Assembly: GCA_035515475.1 (NCBI GenBank)
Contig: DATJBF010000070.1
Span: forward strand, 3,228 to 67,227
DNA from: Verrucomicrobiia bacterium
GTDB lineage: Bacteria; Verrucomicrobiota; Verrucomicrobiia; Palsa-1439
Reading direction: 5' to 3'
DNA length: 64,000 nt
The translations under genes and the position numbers were made by a program. Positions 17,969 through 28,063 of the stretch are shown here, piece by piece (position 1 is the first letter of the stretch; each line of letters opens with the position of its first letter). A model generated the notes under the pieces. It had not been told where the DNA came from and did not search any database. It saw only the letters and a program-made list of their open reading frames with translations.

Positions 17969-19831
17969 TTACAGGCCGAGATTGGTGCCGAGACCGGGTT
18001 TCGCGTCCTGGTCGATGATGATCTCCCGGACCGTTTTACCGGCGGGAATCATCGGCAGCACGTGCTCGGTGTACGGCACGATGACGTCGAGAACGTAGGG
18101 TTCTTTCGACGCCAGCAGGCGCTCCAGCGCGGGCCGCAACTCGGTCTTGCGAACGGCGCGTTCGGCGGGAACGTTGAAGCCCTTGGCGATGGCCACGTAG
18201 TCGGGGTAAACCTTGTGCGGGTTCTGCGGGTCGCCCAGATAGGTGTGGCCGCGGTTCGACTGATAGAACCGGTCTTCCCACTGCACCACCATCCCCAAGT
18301 GCTGGTTGTTGATGACGATGGCCTTGGCGGCAATGCGCTCGATGTGCGCCGTGGCCAGTTCCTGGATGTTCATCAGGAACGAGCCGTCGCCGTCGATGTC
18401 GATCACTTGCCGGTCGGGGAAGGCGACCTTCGCACCCAGTGCCGCGGGATATCCGTAACCCATCGCGCCGAGCCCGGCCGACGTGAGGAAGGTGCGCGGA
18501 TGCTTGAATTTGTAGTACTGGCCGGCCCACATTTGGTGCTGACCGACGCCGGTGGTCACGATCGCTTCGCCCTTGGTAAGTTCGTCGAGCAACTCGATCA
18601 CGTATTGCGGCATGATGATCTCGTCGGTCTTGCCGTGCAGAAACTCGCGAACGTACTGTGATTTCAGCACCTCTTCGGTGACGCGATAGCCGAAGGGATA
18701 TTGCGCTTTCCATTCGGCGATCTGCTTGTGCCACGGCCCGAACTTCTTGCCCTTGACGACCTTGTTGAGTTGCTGCAAGGCGTACTTGATGTCGCTGACG
18801 ACCGGCAGGTGCACGACTTTGTTCTTGTTGATCTCGCTGGGATCAACGTCGATGTGGACGATCGTGCCGTGCTTGGCAAATTCGCTGACCTTGCCCGTCA
18901 CGCGGTCGTCGAACCGGACCCCGAGCGCCAGGAGCAAATCGGACTGGTCGACCGCGTAATTGGCGGCGACGCTGCCGTGCATGCCGAGCCAGCGCAACGA
19001 CAACGGGTGTTCCGCGGGAATTCCCCCGATACCCATGATGGTCGTCGCGACCGGTATATTCGTCTTCTCGGCGAACTCGACGAGTTCCGCTCCCGCGTTG
19101 GCCGAGATGATGCCGCCGCCGCAGTAGATGACCGGCCGCTCGCTCTTCTCGATCAAGCCCGCGATCTCGTTGACCGCGATGTCACTGATGCGTTTGTCGG
19201 GATTATAACCGCGCAGGATGACCTTGTCCGGGAAAACCGGTTTGCAGTTGCTCTGCTGAACGTCCTTGGGAATGTCGATCCAGACCGGCCCGGGTCGTCC
19301 CGTGTGGGCGATGTGGAACGCCTCTTTGAAGACGCGCGGGATGTCCTCGACGTTCATGATGAGGTAGCTGTGCTTGACGATTGGCAACGCCACGCCGAAA
19401 ACGTCGGTCTCCTGAAATGCGCCCTTGCCGATCATGGGACGCGGGACCTGGCCCGTGATTAACACGATCGGCACGGAATCCATGAACGCGTCGGCGACAC
19501 CGGTGACGAGGTTCGTTGCGCCCGGTCCGCTGGTGGCAATGGCGACGCCCGTCTTCCCGCTGGCCCGCGCATAGCCGCCGGCGGCGAACGCGCCACCCTG
19601 TTCGTGCCGGGGCAGAATCGTGCGAATGCTCTTCGAGCGGGTCAACGACTGATGCAATTCCATGCTGGCGCCGCCGGGATAGGCGAACACCGCTTCCACG
19701 CCCTCGCGCTCCAGACATTTGACAACGATGTCCGCCCCGCGCATGAGGCCGGACTGTTCCGCGCCGAGTTCGACAATCGGCGCTTGGGTCTTCGCGCGGC
19801 TTTTGGCCGTGGTATTCGATGGTTTGCTCAT
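17969..19831 (-). CDS. ilvB: Acetolactate synthase large (catalytic) subunit
   Basis: 'FAYPGGA', 'RHEQG', 'TSGPGATN', 'FQETD', 'GVGQHQMW', ThDP motif '[12 protein letters not shown]'. Confidence 0.96.
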   Translation of the reverse strand: MSKPSNTTAKSRAKTQAPIVELGAEQSGLMRGADIVVKCLEREGVEAVFAYPGGASMELHQSLTRSKSIRTILPRHEQGGAFAAGGYARASGKTGVAIATSGPGATNLVTGVADAFMDSVPIVLITGQVPRPMIGKGAFQETDVFGVALPIVKHSYLIMNVEDIPRVFKEAFHIAHTGRPGPVWIDIPKDVQQSNCKPVFPDKVILRGYNPDKRISDIAVNEIAGLIEKSERPVIYCGGGIISANAGAELVEFAEKTNIPVATTIMGIGGIPAEHPLSLRWLGMHGSVAANYAVDQSDLLLALGVRFDDRVTGKVSEFAKHGTIVHIDVDPSEINKNKVVHLPVVSDIKYALQQLNKVVKGKKFGPWHKQIAEWKAQYPFGYRVTEEVLKSQYVREFLHGKTDEIIMPQYVIELLDELTKGEAIVTTGVGQHQMWAGQYYKFKHPRTFLTSAGLGAMGYGYPAALGAKVAFPDRQVIDIDGDGSFLMNIQELATAHIERIAAKAIVINNQHLGMVVQWEDRFYQSNRGHTYLGDPQNPHKVYPDYVAIAKGFNVPAERAVRKTELRPALERLLASKEPYVLDVIVPYTEHVLPMIPAGKTVREIIIDQDAKPGLGTNLGL

Positions 19832-20018
19832 CGGAGATTCATCCCTTCTGAGGGCATAGTTGCCCTGCGAACCAAGGGATTTATACCGTCAAACCCGCCC
19901 CCAATCAACGCAAATTGCGGAAGGACGTTGGCACAGCTGACGCCGACTAAACTCCGATTCAACAATCGCATTGCTCACCGAGTTGGACCAATTTCTTATG
20001 GTATAATTAATTGCACGC

Positions 20019-20204
20019 ATGAACATCAAAGAAATCATCGCCACCATTAACCAGATGCGGGTCGATGGCGTTATTGGGCAATATTCGCTCTCACAAGAAT
20101 CTGAATGTCTTGTTACGCTCTTGCAGGTTCTGGACTTGTTTATCGAAGCCGGCTGGTCCGAAGCACGGCAACTCACACATCGGCTGGAAGAAATCTACCG
20201 CTAG
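20019..20204 (+). CDS. Small hypothetical protein, possibly a gene remnant
   Basis: 61-aa ATG ORF in an AT-richer patch, TATAAT 11 nt upstream of ATG. Confidence 0.4.
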   Translation: MNIKEIIATINQMRVDGVIGQYSLSQESECLVTLLQVLDLFIEAGWSEARQLTHRLEEIYR

Positions 20205-20303
20205 TGCTGAACGTGGGGGAGACTCAGACTGACCGTATGACGAACTGGCCTTCAACGGTTCTCGTCGCTTGATTTCCGAGGGGTCTCCCACTAGCCTTAG
20301 GTC

Positions 20304-21581
20304 GTGGATCCGATCTATCAAGAACTCGCAGGCTTGTTGGAGCGCGGCCAGCCGCTGGCGTTTGCCGTCCTCGTCGAAACCAAAGGCTCGACGCCGCAGA
20401 AGTGCGGGGCCAAGGCGATTTTCCTGCCCGACGGTCGCGTCATCGGCACGCTCGGCGGCGGTTGCCTCGAAGCCGAGACGCGCCAGAAAGCGTTGCGGGC
20501 ACTCGAGACCGGCGAGCCGTTCACGTTCCGCGCCGTGCTCGACGACGATTTTGGATGGGACGACGGGTTGATTTGCGGCGGCGCGGTGCAAACGTTTGTC
20601 CAGCCGAACCCGGCCAGCCGCGAGGTCTGGCGGGCGTTGCTGGCCGATCCCGATTCGCGTGAGCGGCGCATGCTGGCGACGATCACCGGCGGCGAGCATG
20701 TTGGTAAGCGTGCGTTGTTTGCCGTTCGCCGGGAGGCTCACCCTCCCGGACAATCGACAGGGGAGGGCGAGGCTCCTGCCAAGCCGAATATCGATCTGAT
20801 CGTCGCGGACGAACTCCCATCCGAGATTATGTCCATTCTGGCCACGAAATCCGTCGAATTGCTGGTCGAACCGGAGCCGGAACCATCGCTCTTCGCCCTC
20901 CCGTCCGCCGAAGCCTCGGCGAAGGTGGATCGCCCTTCGCTGTTGGCTTATTTCGAGCCGCTTCTGCCACACCCGGTGCTGGTGATTTGTGGCGGCGGCC
21001 ACATCGGGGCGGCGACGGGCAGGCTCGCGGCCTCGTGCGGGTTTGACGTGATCGCCATTGACGATCGCGCGGCGTTCGCGAACAAGGAACGCTTCCCAGA
21101 CGCCAAGACGATTATCGTCGATGACCCCGCTCACGCGGTGAAAGGGCTGTCAATCGGCGAGAACACGTACATTCTCATCGTGACGCGCGGGCACCGGCAC
21201 GATGCCGTCGTGCTCAAGGAAGTCATTCACAGCCCGGCCGCCTACATCGGGATGATCGGGAGCCGCCGCAAGGTGCGCACGGTCATGGAGGGATTCGTTC
21301 AAGAAGGTGTGGCCACGGCCGATGAACTGCGCCGCATTCATTCACCCGTCGGACTCAATATCCACTCGATTACGGTCGAGGAAATCGCCGTCAGCATCGT
21401 CGCGGAGTTGATCGCCGTGCGCCGCGGCCAGGCCGATGGGCAACCCCTGACGGTCACCGGTGAAGTGGCCGACAAGCTGGCCGCTTCCGCTGGCGGTGGG
21501 AGCGGGCATCCTGCGCGACGTGGGAGGTCCCCCGACGCGGCGGGAGAGGGCGCACGACGCCAGGCGCCGCCGCCGAAATGA
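20304..21581 (+). CDS. xdhC: XdhC/CoxI family molybdoenzyme accessory protein
   Basis: 'GSTP', 'GTLGGGC.E', 'GLICGG', 'CGGGHIG', 'VTRGH..D', 'YIGMIGSRRK', 'PVGL.I...T.EEIA.SI.AELI'. Confidence 0.92.
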   Translation: MDPIYQELAGLLERGQPLAFAVLVETKGSTPQKCGAKAIFLPDGRVIGTLGGGCLEAETRQKALRALETGEPFTFRAVLDDDFGWDDGLICGGAVQTFVQPNPASREVWRALLADPDSRERRMLATITGGEHVGKRALFAVRREAHPPGQSTGEGEAPAKPNIDLIVADELPSEIMSILATKSVELLVEPEPEPSLFALPSAEASAKVDRPSLLAYFEPLLPHPVLVICGGGHIGAATGRLAASCGFDVIAIDDRAAFANKERFPDAKTIIVDDPAHAVKGLSIGENTYILIVTRGHRHDAVVLKEVIHSPAAYIGMIGSRRKVRTVMEGFVQEGVATADELRRIHSPVGLNIHSITVEEIAVSIVAELIAVRRGQADGQPLTVTGEVADKLAASAGGGSGHPARRGRSPDAAGEGARRQAPPPK

Positions 21582-22267
21582 ACGTTGCGATCATCCTGGC
21601 GGCGGGCGAATCACGGCGGATGGGCCAGCCCAAGCAACTTCTCCAGTTCGGCGGCAAGACGATGCTGGAGTGCGTGATTGACGCGCTTCGATCGCCGAAG
21701 ATTGATGAGATTCTCGTGGTGCTCGGACACAGAGCGGAAGAAATTGCTGCAAGCATTCGTTCACAGGCAGGGACCCTTCGACCGGACTCAGGGCAGGCGC
21801 CTGTGCCACCAAAGTCCTCCCAACGAGCAGGGACGAGTCGGCGGAGCCCAGCGCCGGCGACGGGCAAGCCTGTGTCGCCAAGAATCGTGAAGAACCCGCG
21901 GTACCAGCAGGGAATGTTCACCTCGGTTCAAACGGGGCTCCGCGGGTTGCCGAAACAGGCGACGCTCGTGCTGATCGCGTTGTGCGATCAGCCGCGGTTG
22001 CAGCGGGCGACGGTCGAAAAGCTCATCGACCAGTTCGAGGAGCGGCAGCACAAGATTCTGGTTCCCGTGTACGACGGACGGCAGGGGCACCCGCTGTTGT
22101 TCCGGGCCGAGTACGCGAACGAGATCCTGGGAATGAACGAATCACTGACGCTGAAACATTTCCTGGCGTCGCACGCGGAGGACGTTGCGCGGCTGCCGAT
22201 CACGGATGAAGGGGTGCTCATCGACATTGACGACCGCGCGACCTACGAACGGGAGCTCCGCCGGTAG
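21578..22267 (+). CDS. mocA: Molybdenum cofactor cytidylyltransferase-like nucleotidyltransferase
   Basis: 'ILAAGESRRMG..KQLL', 'GM..S...GL', 'LCDQP', 'GHP.LF', 'DIDD'; ATGA overlap with xdhC. Confidence 0.85.
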   Translation: MNVAIILAAGESRRMGQPKQLLQFGGKTMLECVIDALRSPKIDEILVVLGHRAEEIAASIRSQAGTLRPDSGQAPVPPKSSQRAGTSRRSPAPATGKPVSPRIVKNPRYQQGMFTSVQTGLRGLPKQATLVLIALCDQPRLQRATVEKLIDQFEERQHKILVPVYDGRQGHPLLFRAEYANEILGMNESLTLKHFLASHAEDVARLPITDEGVLIDIDDRATYERELRR

Positions 22268-22297
22268 TTCCCACCCGTCATCGCCTCGGACGACCGC

Positions 22298-23971
22298 CTA
22301 GAACCGGAAGACGTAGTACCGTTCATTGCGTACCGGTCCGAATGCGAACGGGAGCGGACCCCACAGATCCGCGTAGAAACCCGCTGCCGACTCCGGGCGC
22401 ATCGTTGACAGCCACCGACAAACATGCAAATCGACCCACCCGAAGGGCTTCAGATTCTCCAAGGGCAACGCGTTCACGTCGGTGTTGTTCTCGGGCAGTA
22501 CGACAAATGCGCCGGCGGGGATGGTTAAATTGAACAGATCGATCGGCTTGCATCCATAGGATTCCATGTAGTACTGGAATCCCCAGTGTCCCGCGAACCA
22601 CACGGGGCCCTGACCGCCGAATTTCTTGAAAATGGCCCTCGCGGCGGTGCGGGCACTATTTGCGAGCCGGTAATCGGAGTGAGCGGCTGACAGGGCGAGC
22701 ACGGCTGCGGGAATAAGCGCGCCCAGTGCCGTGTATAATCGTCTGGCTCCCGATTGAGAAGACGGGCGGCGACAGGCCACTCGTCGGGCCAACAAGATCG
22801 CCAGCGCGGGCATCATGGGGAGCAGCGCGCGCCCGGTTATCGCCCAATTGAAGTACGTGGCGAACGCAAACGTGCCGATGATCCACAGTGCCAACAGCGC
22901 CGACTCGGCATCTCTGGTTCTTCCCCATTCCGTGACAACAAGGCCAAACAGGCTGGCGCCTCCCATGACGAACAAGCCATACTGCAACGGGATCAACCAG
23001 TGCGCTGGACCGGCGGACGGCAGCGCATGGGTTCCGATTCTGGCGGAGAAATACGCGAGCAGGGCCACCGCCGTCGCGCCCCCAGCCAGGCCGAGCCACG
23101 TTCTGCGAGACCAGAGGAAAGGCGCCAGGAACAACACCGGCGCGCAACAACCTCCCGCGAACGCCAGGCCAATCAACGTCCTCGTCCACACCGACGCGCC
23201 GCCGCTTTGACGAACCCGGGGCGCAAATGCGATCGCGTACAGCAGGACGCCTTTCCCGTACGCCGCGCGCGTGACGCAGTCGTACACGATCGCCGCCGCG
23301 ACGGGGATCAATAGGTAGGCGGCCCACCAGCCGAGCCGTCGCTTCTTGATGGCGGAATACGCCAGCAACAAGCCGGGAAGAACGATGGCGAAATACTTCG
23401 TCAGCAATGCGGCGGCCATCAGGAGACCGGACACCAGAAGCGACCCGTGAGAGTCTCGCTGCATCCCGTCAATCCAGAAGACGATTGCCCAAACCAGGAA
23501 CGCCGTCATCGTTGTGTCGCACATCATCGTGGTGCTGGACACTAGGAAGGCCGGCGTGACCAACACCGTCAGACCGGCGAACATCGGGTTCGAGCCAAGC
23601 TGACGGGCCAGGTAATAGGTGCCCAAGATGGCCGCGATTGCCGGGAGAAGGAGTCCGATGTGCGCCGCCCGTTCGCCCCAGCCGAACCACCGGCCGATCT
23701 GGGCCAGGTAATACGATGCCAACGGCGGATTCTGATCGACCGCGGCCATGGGCATTTGGGTGATATTCCAATTGACGCTGAACCCGTAGGGATCCAGGGG
23801 ATGGGTTTGAATGCGCCGCGCAACCCAGAGGAACAAGGGATCATCGATGTGAACGGCTTTGTCGGAAAACGGCACGAGGCAGGCGACCACCGCAATGATG
23901 AGCAGCCAGAACGGATCGGCTACGATTCTTCGCAGCGGCTTCCAGCACGTCGGTTTCACCGGTGTGGACAT
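22298..23971 (-). CDS. GT-C fold (GT39/ArnT-like) membrane glycosyltransferase, unrelated to the array
   Basis: Polytopic; first-loop 'IDDP', 'NPPL..Y', 'A.LTKY'. Confidence 0.75.
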   Translation of the reverse strand: MSTPVKPTCWKPLRRIVADPFWLLIIAVVACLVPFSDKAVHIDDPLFLWVARRIQTHPLDPYGFSVNWNITQMPMAAVDQNPPLASYYLAQIGRWFGWGERAAHIGLLLPAIAAILGTYYLARQLGSNPMFAGLTVLVTPAFLVSSTTMMCDTTMTAFLVWAIVFWIDGMQRDSHGSLLVSGLLMAAALLTKYFAIVLPGLLLAYSAIKKRRLGWWAAYLLIPVAAAIVYDCVTRAAYGKGVLLYAIAFAPRVRQSGGASVWTRTLIGLAFAGGCCAPVLFLAPFLWSRRTWLGLAGGATAVALLAYFSARIGTHALPSAGPAHWLIPLQYGLFVMGGASLFGLVVTEWGRTRDAESALLALWIIGTFAFATYFNWAITGRALLPMMPALAILLARRVACRRPSSQSGARRLYTALGALIPAAVLALSAAHSDYRLANSARTAARAIFKKFGGQGPVWFAGHWGFQYYMESYGCKPIDLFNLTIPAGAFVVLPENNTDVNALPLENLKPFGWVDLHVCRWLSTMRPESAAGFYADLWGPLPFAFGPVRNERYYVFRF

Positions 23972-24136
23972 TCCTGTGCGAACGCCTGATCGCCTGTCCG
24001 GCGATGGAAAATCAACCGGAACGACGCGGCCTTTCTAGGGGATAACGTGATGGCGCGGCAAGTGTTTTCTGCGTTGCACGGGACCGACGGTGCGACTTGC
24101 TTTCGGGGCGATCTGTCACTAGCCTTGATGGGCGAG

Positions 24137-25297
24137 ATGACTCCGGATTTCGAACTGATCGCTCGCGACACTCGCACGGCGGCGCGAGCAGGGCGGCTGC
24201 GGACGGCGCACGGCGTGGTCGAGACGCCGGTGTTTATGCCGGTGGGCACGCAGGCAACGGTCAAATGCATGGCACCCCACGAGTTGCGCGAACTCGGCGC
24301 GCAAGTGATTTTGGGCAACACGTATCATCTCGTCGTCCGTCCGGGTACCGACCTCATTGCCAGGGCGGGAGGACTGCACAAGTTTATGGGCTGGGACGGA
24401 CCGATTCTGACCGACAGCGGCGGCTATCAGGTGTTCTCGCTGGCGAAGCTGCGCAAGATTTCGGCGGACGGCGTCGAGTTTCAGTCGCATGTGGATGGCG
24501 CGACGCTGTTTCTTGGGCCCCGCGAGGCGATCGCGGCCCAAGCGGCTCTGGGCAGCGATATTGCGATGGCATTTGACGAGTGTCCCCACTGGCCGTGTGA
24601 CCGAGAATACGCTTGCAGTAGTCTGGAGCTGACATTACAGTGGGCGGCCCGCTGCAAGGGAGCTGTCAGCCATCAGCCGTCAGCCGTCCGCGGGCGACAA
24701 CTGCTCTTTGGAATTGTGCAGGGAAGCGTGTATCCCGACCTGCGCGAACGCGGCGCGCGCGAGTTGGTCGCGATCGGTTTCGACGGTTATGCGATCGGCG
24801 GTGTCAGTGTGGGAGAGCCTCCTGCCGAGATGACCCGGCAGGTCGAGATGGCGGTGCCGTTTCTGCCACCGGACAAACCACGTTACCTGATGGGCGTGGG
24901 CACGCCGCCACAAATGCTGGAGATGATCGCCCGCGGGGTGGACATGTTTGACTGCGTGCTGCCGACGCGGGTGGCCCGCAACGGGACGGTTTTTACGGCG
25001 CACGGCACGTACGCGATCAAGAACGCACACTGCCGCGAGAACTTCGAGCCGCTGGAAACGGGTTGTGAGTGTTACGCGTGCCGCCAGTTCACTCGCGCCT
25101 ATCTGCGGCACCTGTTTTGGGCCAACGAGATTCTCGGGCTGCGGCTGATGACGTGGCACAACCTGCACCTGTACCTGAACACGTTGCAGCGTGCGCGCGC
25201 CGCCATTGCCGCCGGCACGTTCGACGATTTTCGGAGGAAATTTGTGGCGGAGTACCGCCGGGACTGTCAGCCGGAGTGCCGCGAGGAATCTCAGTAG
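24137..25297 (+). CDS. tgt: Queuine tRNA-ribosyltransferase
   Basis: 'TPVFMPVGT', 'LTDSGGYQVFSL', 'FGIVQG', 'PRYLMGVG', 'DMFDCVLPTR', Zn site 'CECYAC'; start set from promoter TTGCTT-N17-TAGCCT (24097-24125). Confidence 0.97.
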   Translation: MTPDFELIARDTRTAARAGRLRTAHGVVETPVFMPVGTQATVKCMAPHELRELGAQVILGNTYHLVVRPGTDLIARAGGLHKFMGWDGPILTDSGGYQVFSLAKLRKISADGVEFQSHVDGATLFLGPREAIAAQAALGSDIAMAFDECPHWPCDREYACSSLELTLQWAARCKGAVSHQPSAVRGRQLLFGIVQGSVYPDLRERGARELVAIGFDGYAIGGVSVGEPPAEMTRQVEMAVPFLPPDKPRYLMGVGTPPQMLEMIARGVDMFDCVLPTRVARNGTVFTAHGTYAIKNAHCRENFEPLETGCECYACRQFTRAYLRHLFWANEILGLRLMTWHNLHLYLNTLQRARAAIAAGTFDDFRRKFVAEYRRDCQPECREESQ

Positions 25298-25362
25298 TGG
25301 GGAACGAAACCCGTCGCGGTACCCGGGTGACACACATGCGAAGGAGCCGAGTGAATTGAGTT

Positions 25363-25722
25363 ATGAAACCATTTGAGTTGATTGCGATGGCACCGCCACC
25401 GGCGGGGACGGAGCAGGATCCTCGCGCGGGTCTGTTGCAGATGGTGGGGATGTTCGTGATTTTGGGCGTGATGTTCTATTTCCTGCTGATTCGTCCGCAA
25501 CAGAAGCAACGCAAGGAACAGGAAAACCTGATCAAGAACGTAAAGAGCGGCGACAAGATTCTCATGAACAGCGGGATCTACGGCATCGTCACGAACGTAA
25601 AGGAGAAGACTCTGATGGTGAAGATCGCCGACAACGTCAAGGTCGAAGTTCTGAAGAGCGCCATCGGCTCGGTCGTCCAAAAATCCGTGGAAGCAGATGC
25701 TCCCGCGGTATCCCAGAAATAA
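25363..25722 (+). CDS. yajC: Preprotein translocase subunit YajC
   Basis: 'FYFLLIRPQQK', 'GD.I...GIYG.V'; tgt-yajC-secD synteny. Confidence 0.95.
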   Translation: MKPFELIAMAPPPAGTEQDPRAGLLQMVGMFVILGVMFYFLLIRPQQKQRKEQENLIKNVKSGDKILMNSGIYGIVTNVKEKTLMVKIADNVKVEVLKSAIGSVVQKSVEADAPAVSQK

Positions 25723-25735
25723 TCGCGGTTCACTC

Positions 25736-28021
25736 ATGAATAAACAATTCGCATGGAAATTCGGCATCGTCGCCGCCATTCTGGCCGCCTCGGTTTACTC
25801 GATGTGGCCGGTCGACAAGAAAATCAAGCTCGGCCTGGACCTCAAAGGCGGCACGTCGTTCCTGCTGCAGATGGATTTGTCGAAGATCGACGTGACGGGG
25901 CGCGGGCAAGCGATTCGGCAGGCGGTGGAGATCATCCGCAAGCGCGTCGATCGCTTCGGTGTGGCCGAGCCCATCATTCAGCCCGTCGGCGAGAATCGCA
26001 TTCTGGTGCAATTGCCCGGCTTGGCCGAGCAACGTCAGGCCGAGGCGCGCCAGACGATCGAGCGCACGGCGTACCTGGAGTTCCGTCTGGTTCACGAACG
26101 CAACGAGGAATTGGTGGCGGAGTCCGTGTCGGATCCGCGTTTCGTTCCACCGGTCGGCTACCAGAAACTGGTCCGGGAAGAAACGCGCGACGGTCGTCTC
26201 GTCAAGCAGACGTATTTTGTGAAGGTGCGGCCCGAGTTGACCGGCAAACACGTCGACCGCGCCTACGTGCAGTACAGCGAGATCGGGCAGCCGTACGTGG
26301 CCCTGAGCTTCGATCCGGAAGGGGCCGCGATTTTCGCCCGGGTCACGTCGGCCAACGTCGGCCGCAAACTGGCCATTGTGCTCGACGGCGAGCTTTATTC
26401 CGCTCCCGTGATTCAGGACGCGATTACGGGAGGGCACGCACAGATCACGGGCAACTTCAGCGTGCCCGAGGCCCAGGAGTTGGCCAACGTGCTGGAGAAC
26501 CCGCTCGAAGCGCCCGTGAAAGTGATGGAAACGCGTAGCGTCGATCCGTCACTGGGCCGGGATTCGATCAACAGCGGCATCCGGGCGGCGCTGGTCGGGT
26601 CCGTGGCAGTGGTGGTGTTCATGGCGGCGTACTATCTGGTCGCGGGCGTGGTGGCGGATCTGGCGCTGCTGTTGAACATGGTGATCCTGATCGGCGTGCT
26701 CGCCATGTTCGGGTTTACCCTGACGCTGCCGGGCATCGCCGGCATCGTGCTGACCGTCGGCATGGCGGTGGATGCCAACGTGCTGATCTACGAACGCGTC
26801 CGCGAGGAGTTGGCGGCCAACAAGCCGTTGCGCGCGGCCATTGCCGCGGGGTATCAGCGGGCGTTTGTCGTCATTTTCGACTCGAACTTCACCACGATCA
26901 TGACCGCAGTAATCCTGATCTGGCTGGGGAGCGGACCCGTCAAGGGCTTCGGGGTGACGCTCACGATCGGTTTGCTGGCCAACATCTTCGCCGCGGTGTT
27001 CGTGACGCGCTGGGTGTTCGACTGGTTGGTGATGAAGGGCTGGATGAAGTCGTTCAACATGTTGCACGTGTTCCGTCATCTGCCGCACATCAACTTCCTC
27101 GGTGTGTGGAAGCTTGCCTTCGGACTCTCTTGGGTGCTCATTATCGTCGGCATGATCTCGTTCGTGCACCGGGGCGGACCGGACGTCGGCAAAGGAGCGG
27201 TTTACGGCATCGATTTTGCCGGGGGCGACACGGTGACCATGCACTTCGTGCAACGGGTGGACGAAGATAAACTGCGCAACGCGCTCAATGCCGCCGGGTT
27301 TTCCGAGTCGTACATCCAGTACCAGCGCAGTCTGTCGGGCGGCGCGGAGGTGCTGTCGATCAAGCTTCCGGAAGGGGCCTCGGAAAAGGTCGTGGCGATG
27401 TTGCAGGAGGATTTCCCGGCAGCGCAGCTGAAGGCCATCGGCACGGAGCACGTCGGCGCGGTGGTCGGGAAAGAATTGCTCAAGCAGGCGCTCTGGGCGG
27501 TGGCGGCGTCGCTGGTGGCGATTATGATCTACGTCGGGTTCCGCTTCGGCGAGTTTTCCTACGGTTTGGGGGCGCTGGTGTCGTTGATTCACGATGTGCT
27601 GATGACCATCGGCTGGTTCTGCCTTACGGGGCGCACCTTTTCGATGCCCGTGGTGGCGGCGGTGCTGACGCTCATTGGTTATTCGATCAATGACACGATC
27701 GTCGTGTATGACCGGATTCGGGAAAACCGGAAGCTGACGGGTGGCCGGCTCAACTATTTCGACCTCATCAACCGCAGTGTGAACGAGACGCTGTCGCGGA
27801 CGATTCTGACGGCCGGGACGGTGTTCCTGTGCTCGGTCGCGCTGTACGGGTTTGGGGGCAGCGTGATCAACGACTTCGCGTTCTGCTTTATGGTGGGCGT
27901 GCTGACGGGTACGTACTCGTCGGTCTACATCGCCAGTCCGGTGGTGTTGTGGTTTCACCGGGCCGAAGCGTCCCGAGCGAGCAAGGCCGCCGCCAAGAAA
28001 CCGCAGCCCGCCAAAGCCTGA
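25736..28021 (+). CDS. secDF: Fused protein translocase SecD/SecF
   Basis: 'LGLDLKGG', 'LTLPGIAGIVLT.GMAVDANVLI.ER', 'GIDFAGG', 'GYSINDTIVV.DRIRE'. Confidence 0.96.
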   Translation: MNKQFAWKFGIVAAILAASVYSMWPVDKKIKLGLDLKGGTSFLLQMDLSKIDVTGRGQAIRQAVEIIRKRVDRFGVAEPIIQPVGENRILVQLPGLAEQRQAEARQTIERTAYLEFRLVHERNEELVAESVSDPRFVPPVGYQKLVREETRDGRLVKQTYFVKVRPELTGKHVDRAYVQYSEIGQPYVALSFDPEGAAIFARVTSANVGRKLAIVLDGELYSAPVIQDAITGGHAQITGNFSVPEAQELANVLENPLEAPVKVMETRSVDPSLGRDSINSGIRAALVGSVAVVVFMAAYYLVAGVVADLALLLNMVILIGVLAMFGFTLTLPGIAGIVLTVGMAVDANVLIYERVREELAANKPLRAAIAAGYQRAFVVIFDSNFTTIMTAVILIWLGSGPVKGFGVTLTIGLLANIFAAVFVTRWVFDWLVMKGWMKSFNMLHVFRHLPHINFLGVWKLAFGLSWVLIIVGMISFVHRGGPDVGKGAVYGIDFAGGDTVTMHFVQRVDEDKLRNALNAAGFSESYIQYQRSLSGGAEVLSIKLPEGASEKVVAMLQEDFPAAQLKAIGTEHVGAVVGKELLKQALWAVAASLVAIMIYVGFRFGEFSYGLGALVSLIHDVLMTIGWFCLTGRTFSMPVVAAVLTLIGYSINDTIVVYDRIRENRKLTGGRLNYFDLINRSVNETLSRTILTAGTVFLCSVALYGFGGSVINDFAFCFMVGVLTGTYSSVYIASPVVLWFHRAEASRASKAAAKKPQPAKA

Positions 28022-28063
28022 TGAGGAAATGGTTTCTGGTTCGTGGTGCATGAACCATTACCC

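Noticed and set aside
16889-18661. 590-aa plus-strand ORF
   Set aside because: Antisense shadow of ilvB and GT-C copy 1 in high-GC DNA; no motifs and low-complexity Arg/Gln composition
26549-28051. 500-aa minus-strand ORF (also 1673-3124, 34741-36237 and similar)
   Set aside because: Antisense to well-supported genes (secDF, clpB, HK); no recognisable domains
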